This document shows, in pieces, positions 58,364-64,000 of a stretch of DNA of 64,000 bases (positions are counted from its first letter, which is position 1; each line of letters opens with the position of its first letter). Source of the DNA: Oikopleura dioica (Eukaryota > Animalia > Chordata); the NCBI GenBank assembly GCA_907165135.1, contig OU015570.1, positions 2,377,929 to 2,441,928 on the forward strand, given 5' to 3'. The notes beneath the pieces are model-generated. The model did no database searches. It saw only the letters and a list, made by a program, of their open reading frames with translations, and was not told where the DNA came from. A program made the translations under genes and the position numbers.

Positions 58364-58700
58364 ATTCTAGAGCCTAGCGGCCACTTTTATTGACCACTCG
58401 TTTTTATTGACCACTTTATTTTTTATCGAACGATTTATTTTATTGACCACTTAATTGACCACTCGAGTAAAATGTCTGGCTAGAGCCTGGCTGCAAATCG
58501 CCCAAAACTGCACCGAGTCCAAACGGCCTGCCGTACGGCCTGCCCACCCTAGTCAAAGTCTGAATATTTTCCAAGTATTTGCCCCGGGGTCCCCATATGT
58601 CGAGCGCGCAAAATCCACCCTTTTTTCACTTTTTTCATTTTGGACTCGGCGCGGCGAAAGGGCGGCCTGCAGCTAAGCCCTAGCCAGACATTATACTACT
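58364..58700 (-). repeat. Polinton right TIR
   Basis: Ends CATTATACTACT followed by the TSD GTCTAT. Confidence 0.97.
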
Positions 58701-59512
58701 GTCTATGCCGAAAACATTTTACATCGCAAAACTTTCAGAGGTTAGTTCAGCTTAGATTTTAAGTCTTTTATGATTCTCAATCATAATTTGGTTTTTTTTT
58801 TCCTAAATTTAATTGCATCAGTTTGCGCTTGATAAAATCTTTTCATAATGTGATGATAACTACTATACTACTGTCATTGTTGTTTGTAAGAAACCCTTTA
58901 CATACCTTTTGTGTTGTTTTTGTTGTAATTTCGAAGGACTCGTTTTCGCGTTGGGGCCCATCCTTCAATTTTCTTATTCATAGTCATTTTTTCGGCTATG
59001 TTATTTCGTTATGATGAAATCGTTTCGTAGCACATCGCAAGCCCAACTGTGTTGCGATTTTTCAGGCAGATTGCGCTCAATACGTTTCATCTTGGATCAA
59101 TGTCGAATCCTTTCTGCTTTCTTATTCCTTTTTGTTTTCTGCCATTGAAGTGACTTCGAGCTTTTTATGTGGAAAATCCCGTCTCCAAGCTGAAGTAAAG
59201 GAATCGTTTTGGACACCATAACCTTTTTCTGTCGATTTACCTAGCTAATTCTGTCGTGTTTTCGTCAGTTGATCAGGGTTATTGTTTCCTCGGCTCCACA
59301 TCGAGATCGACATTGCTTTTCGCCCGCACCAAAGGTTGTTGATTCCGAACATCCCGTGTTCCAGTGTCCACCGCTTTTCGAATCAAAGTGTTATTGTCAT
59401 CACTCAGAATTAACAATAACCTACGCAGGTTTTTGCCCTTGCAATTTCCGGGATTCTGTGCATCAAACGTGTACGTTGTTGATGGACTGAAAATCGCCCT
59501 CGAAAAGCCCAA
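58701..59512 (-). pseudogene. pol: decayed pol, 5' part (protease to RT start)
   Basis: AVDTGT protease-like motif in ORF 59279-59512; reading across the Polinton gives NVFG-ID-LIF (RT motif A-like). Confidence 0.5.
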
Positions 59513-59920
59513 GCAGAGTTCATGTTGATAATTCCAGTCAGCTGTATCGTTTCGACAATTTCAATTATGTCTGAAAGTTCCATATGTTAACTCTACCGTG
59601 TAATTTGGTAAAATTTAAGTGTAAACGGATACGGATCTAAAGTTTCAGTACAATGAAGATGGTTTCATCGCGCCAGGATCGGGCGGCTTCTTCTTTCCTA
59701 AAGCAGGCGGGATTCGAGACCCTTAGGGTTGATCAGACCAGGTCAGGTTTCGCGCAGGTGGCTTAGTGCAGGGCTTCCAACTCACGCCCACAATTGCCAA
59801 AGTCGCTCGTGCCCGTCGACTTGAAAGTATCACTCATTGCAGAAGCGCAATTTTGGCTCACTTCTTTGAATAAAGATCATCCGCTTGATTCTATTATGAT
59901 CCAATGTGCCGAAATTTTTG

Positions 59921-61351
59921 TTATTTTCCGTAAAAGCAGTCGCAAGCGACTGTTACCTTTTTTGTCCATGTGAAGGTTTTTCGAACTGCAGTTTTTAATT
60001 GACTGAAAGTGATATCATCATCGTCAATTCCAAGTAGGCGTGTCATCTCAGCGTATTCTTGTTGATTGCAGTTCTTCATTGTCATAACCTGAAGAATGCA
60101 AACCGCTTCGGTGGCCCTTGGGTCCTTTCCTGTTGTTGTTTTGTATTTCGAGCAGAGACGCAAGAAGAACCGCATAAGCGTTTCATTTTGGCCGCGAGTC
60201 ATCCTCAGCACATCTGTTGCCGTCGCTGATCTGAAGGGAGCCAGAAGGGCTCCAACGGAATCCACAAATGATTCGAAGTCTTTGCGTTCGCCATCTTCTA
60301 TGATTTCGTCGATGTAACGATCTCGAGGTCGAAGCGTCATGATGAGCAAGTTCATCATCTGTTTGTCAGACAGCCCAGACTCGCAAGCGTATTTGAAAGC
60401 ACTCTTGTTTCGGTTGAAATGTTCCCAGAACGTCAGGTTCGGCTCAGTCCAGTTCCGAAGTCCATATTTTTCCGGGCTTGATATGATGACTTTGTCGGGA
60501 TCACGCTTCGGCAATTCTGTTCCTTTGTGTCCTTGCTCACCGTCTGAGAGAAAGGTGTTCGTCTGAGTCCCTCTTTTGTTTTTTCCGCTGGTTTCAGGCT
60601 CAGGATCAGTGAGCGGGACATCGAGGTTAGTCTTGCTAGATTTTAATTCGTTGTTTCGAGAAGACATTTTTGGGTTTCGCAGTCTAAATAAGGAATAGTT
60701 TATATGTCTTTTCTTCCTTTTTGTTAATTTTTGCAAGCCTTGAATTTTGTGAAAACTTTCAGGAAGCTTTCCCGAGAGAGGGATTTTACGCGTATTTTCG
60801 CTTGTCGGGAAGGGGAGGTTTCTTTGTAGCTGGCCATTGATTGCGAACGCTCGTTGTGCCTGCCGTTGTTCTCGTTGCGTTTCGTATTCAGATGAGAATT
60901 GTCGGATTCGATGGTCAGTTGTACGACAAAGCTCACAGTTATCCAGGTTTGAATTGAGCAGCAGAGACCAGGTCCGTTCATTGTTGATTTTTCTAAAGAA
61001 AAACCTTGCCGTTTGCTTTTGGGCTGCGTAAAGAGAAATGTAGTTCGTCCGGATGCGACGAAATTCAATTGTGATTTTGAAATGCCATTCTAGCAGCTCA
61101 TCAAGCGTAGTTGGCGCAGGGCTGGTTTCGAGGATTCTTTCAAGATTTCTCAGAGCTGTTCTTGGTGAATAATTTGGCAGGGCTGAAGAGTTAGCCGTTC
61201 TTTGAATCATCACTACGATTGAGCCGATAATTCCGTCACTTTCCGATTGATGGCCAATCGGGTATCGTTTGCCGGCGAGTGCGTCGGGAATCACTTCGAG
61301 ATACATTTGTTTAATTCTATTCGTGACGTTGCTGCCTTGTTTCACACTCAT
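59921..61351 (-). CDS. gag: gag-like ORF with an N-terminal extension
   Basis: 476 open codons; RGQNETLMRFFLRL is MHR-like; located between PBS and pol remnants; internal AAAATG at 60667 preceded by a TATTTAG acceptor. Confidence 0.75.
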   Translation of the reverse strand: MSVKQGSNVTNRIKQMYLEVIPDALAGKRYPIGHQSESDGIIGSIVVMIQRTANSSALPNYSPRTALRNLERILETSPAPTTLDELLEWHFKITIEFRRIRTNYISLYAAQKQTARFFFRKINNERTWSLLLNSNLDNCELCRTTDHRIRQFSSEYETQREQRQAQRAFAINGQLQRNLPFPTSENTRKIPLSGKLPESFHKIQGLQKLTKRKKRHINYSLFRLRNPKMSSRNNELKSSKTNLDVPLTDPEPETSGKNKRGTQTNTFLSDGEQGHKGTELPKRDPDKVIISSPEKYGLRNWTEPNLTFWEHFNRNKSAFKYACESGLSDKQMMNLLIMTLRPRDRYIDEIIEDGERKDFESFVDSVGALLAPFRSATATDVLRMTRGQNETLMRFFLRLCSKYKTTTGKDPRATEAVCILQVMTMKNCNQQEYAEMTRLLGIDDDDITFSQLKTAVRKTFTWTKKVTVACDCFYGK

Positions 61352-61764
61352 TATTTCTGGTCTTAATTGTGTTGCGATTGTATCTAAATATGATCAATTG
61401 TCGAGATTTTTCGAGAGCTCCGCTGACTCTTTAATCATCGAGCTCCGCCGAGGTTTTCACGGAGATAGTGCACTTTTGGCTGTAAATCAAAGGCTTAGCC
61501 GAATGCCAAGCTTAGACCTAAAGAACACATTTTTAACGAAGGTAATCGTATAAATAAAAGCGTATATGCGTTTTGAGCAAAGAATCAATGCTTTCTTGTA
61601 AACAATTCCTAAACCTCTCTTTTTTTTGGCAAAAATCGGGGGCTGTGCCTTTTATTACAGCAAAATTTTCTAAGAAGAAATTTTGGTTAATTTTGAGCAG
61701 AGTTTTGCCGCCGAGGGAGCGAAAATTCATATTTAAGTTGGCGCTTCTGGCAAAGATCGAGGGC

Positions 61765-62725
61765 TCCGCTGGAGGCCGCAGCCAGAATAACTTGAGATGG
61801 CCCAAATTTGGCAAAAAATCAAGGGCTCCGCCGGAGCCAGTTCAAAAATTTAGTTGTAATGAGCCTCTTCGGCGAAAATCCTATAGAGCTCCTTCGGGAC
61901 CCAGCCGGAAAACGAGTTAAAATGGGCCGTCTTGGCAAAAATTCTGCATGGCTCCGCCGGGGCCTGCTCAAAATTAAGTTTTAATGGGCCTTCTTGGCGA
62001 AATTCTGCAGGGCTTCGCCGGGGCCCGGCCGAAAATCAGGGTTAAATGCGCCTCCTCGGCAAAAATTCTGCATGGCTCCGCCGGGGCTCGGCCGAAAATC
62101 AAGTTAAACTGGCCTTTTCGGCAAAAAATCTGCATGGCTCCGCCGGGGCCTGCTCAAAAAATAAGTTTTAATGGGCCTTCTTGGCAAAAATTCTGCAGGG
62201 CTCCGCCGGGGCCCAGCCGAAAATAAAGTTAAGGTGGGCCTTTTCGGCAAAAATTCTGCAGGGCTCCGCCGGGGCCCGGCCGAAAATCAAGTTTAATATG
62301 CCTCTCGGCTAAATTTGGGCAGAACTCCGTCGGGGTCCGGCCTTAAATTACTTTTAAAAGTGCCTTCTTGGCAAAATTTGCGCAGGGCTCCGCCGGGGCC
62401 GCAGCTAAAAATCATTTTCAATACGTCTCTTGGCAGAAAAATCATAGAAGCTCCGCCGGGGCCCGTGCAAAAGTCCATCTAGATCGCCTTATTGGTAAAA
62501 ATTGGGCAGGACTCCGTCGGGGTCGGCCTTAATTTAAGTTTCAAATTTGCCTTTCTGGCAGGAATTTCACAGGGCTCCGCCGGGGCCTCGGCCAAAAATA
62601 ACTTTTAAATACGCCTTTTGGCAATAATTGGGCAGGACTCCGTCGGGGTCCGCCTTTATTTTAGTTTTAATATGCCTTTCTGGCAAAATTTGCGCAGGGC
62701 TCCGCCGGGGCCTCGGCCAAAAAAG
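61765..62725. repeat. about 62-63-bp minisatellite (GGCTCCGCCGGGGCC core), about 16 units, in the 5' leader
   Basis: Core recurs at about 61950, 62012, 62074, 62137, 62200, 62264 and onward; variant ACTCCGTCGGGGTC units alternate in the right half. Confidence 0.9.
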
Positions 62726-63296
62726 AACTTAAAACCTAGCAATTGCCCTTACCCAGACCCGAAGACCTCTCCTAAAGGCGTGTCCACCGGATAGCCCCTC
62801 TAAGAGCGAGCTCCCGATCCTTACACACAGCCCTGGAGGTAAGCCTTTCTCCAGCAAAAAGAGCTTGCGACCCGTTAACGAAGTTTACCTCACTCAGAGC
62901 GTAAAGAGCGTACATTCGGAAAGTGGTCCGCCCCAGCCGAAACATCCTTCAAACAGACCCTGCCGGGCCCTAGGGATGACATGGCCGTCTCGTCGTGGTG
63001 GTAAACCCGTATCCCCTTTAGTTTTTTTGGACTAACCTGGTTTTGGCGGCTTCTATTGTGGAGCTTGAAAATCGCGAAAATTCCTTTTTTTGCTGTGTCT
63101 TCTATCTCGGGATCGGCGAAAATGGCGCAGATTTCAGATTTCCAAATCGTAATTACCCATATTCGTTCGTCATTCAGCCATGACTGCAGATATTCGTAGA
63201 ATCAGGTGCTATTTTTGTTGACAGCTATGATTGATCAGGAATCGTACCAACGGTCATCAATCATGATCGGAGCAGCAAGCGGGCAGGTTCGTCAAT

Positions 63297-63309
63297 ACTT
63301 CTGACACCA
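63297..63309 (-). promoter_or_regulatory. primer-binding site, tRNA-Leu(CAA)-like
   Basis: Minus strand TGGTGTCAGAAGT, 1 nt from the LTR; complementary to the ...ACTTCTGACACCA 3' end of animal tRNA-Leu(CAA). Confidence 0.85.
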
Positions 63310-63310
63310 A

Positions 63311-63671
63311 TGTTGTAATATGGTTCCTGATTTATGATTACTATAGTAACTATAGTTAGTACATATGTACTAAGCTAAGTTCCTGCTAAGTAAGCATACT
63401 ACTTTTGGATTGACGATAATTCGGTGTTTATTTGTGATTCTGGGGCAAGGCCAGAATGAGGGAAAATGGGCATGGTCAGGCACTTTTATAGGAGCGCTCG
63501 CTCACAAGTCTCACTTCAAGTTCGACTTTATTTCTGAGCTGCAGTTCCGAGTTGAGTGATGAGCTCGCGCTTCGCAGTTGGTGCTCGCGCTCGCCCCTCA
63601 GCTTCGGATTCTGTGAGCTTGGCTCGAGACTCGACTTTCGTTTTTGTTATCATAAGTTATGGACCATAACA
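63311..63671 (-). repeat. 5' LTR
   Basis: 361 bp, near-identical to 15342-15702, followed by the TSD GTAT. Confidence 0.95.
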
Positions 63672-64000
63672 GTATGAAAGTGATAAAGATGATAAATTAT
63701 GTTAGTTAAAATGATATGGATAAAATGTATAATTATGCGACTAACCGGTGATCGCGTTGGAAAATGATCGCATTCCCTTCGCTCTCGGCGCCGCAATGTT
63801 AGGATGATAGTGATAAGAATGTTAACTTGTATTAGTTTGATGATAGAAATAGTGATATGAGCATGAATATTGAAATAATGTTTATTTTCTTTTTAAATCA
63901 TACATATAAGATTTAAATATTTACAATCGAACTTATATAATAGTTTGAAAATTCTGGCTGGTTGAATATGTCTTTTTCTTTACTTGAAATGGCCTTAAGT

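Larger units (their letters stand above)
19479..58700. mobile_element. Polinton/Maverick (adintovirus-like endogenous virus), 39,222 bp
   Basis: Termini AGTAGT...ACTACT; about 330-bp TIRs; 6-bp TSD GTCTAT (19473-19478 and 58701-58706); encodes pPolB, retroviral-type integrase, A32-like ATPase and double-jelly-roll MCP. Confidence 0.97.
15342..63671 (-). mobile_element. Ty3/gypsy-like LTR retrotransposon (about 9.1 kb net) interrupted by a Polinton
   Basis: Two 361-bp LTRs with TGT...ACA ends; 4-bp TSD GTAT (15338-15341 and 63672-63675); PBS, PPT, gag and pol remnants all on the minus strand. Confidence 0.95.

Noticed and set aside
59680-59800. tRNA-like element after gag (GGTCTCGAATCCC)
   Set aside because: Only a T-loop-like word; no cloverleaf could be folded.

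Overview
Eukaryotic, AT-rich, transposon-dense window with no clear host housekeeping gene. Tiny (about 39-47 nt) spliceosomal introns, GC-AG introns, splice acceptors directly upstream of start codons and gypsy-like LTR elements suggest a larvacean tunicate such as Oikopleura; this is inference only. The main structure is a three-level nest with all target-site duplications (TSDs) intact. (1) A minus-strand Ty3/gypsy-like LTR element spans 15342-63671 (361-bp LTRs, GTAT TSD, tRNA-Leu PBS, PPT, open gag, decayed pol, extra tandem-RING ORF). (2) It is interrupted inside its RT motif by a 39.2-kb Polinton/Maverick (adintovirus-like) endogenous virus at 19479-58700 (AGTAGT...ACTACT ends, about 330-bp TIRs, GTCTAT TSD). 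This encodes pPolB, integrase, packaging ATPase, major and probable minor capsid proteins, a protamine-like peptide, and an operon-like block of intron-containing orphan genes. (3) The Polinton in turn contains a 4-kb Sola-like DNA transposon (21784-25745, TAA TSD) inserted into an unexplained array of about 40 TTCATTTT motifs spaced about 46 nt apart with unique spacers. The first 15 kb holds decayed gypsy gag/pol, TA-targeting MITEs and a tRNA-like element. All gene models were spliced and translated by eye; no database searches were run.
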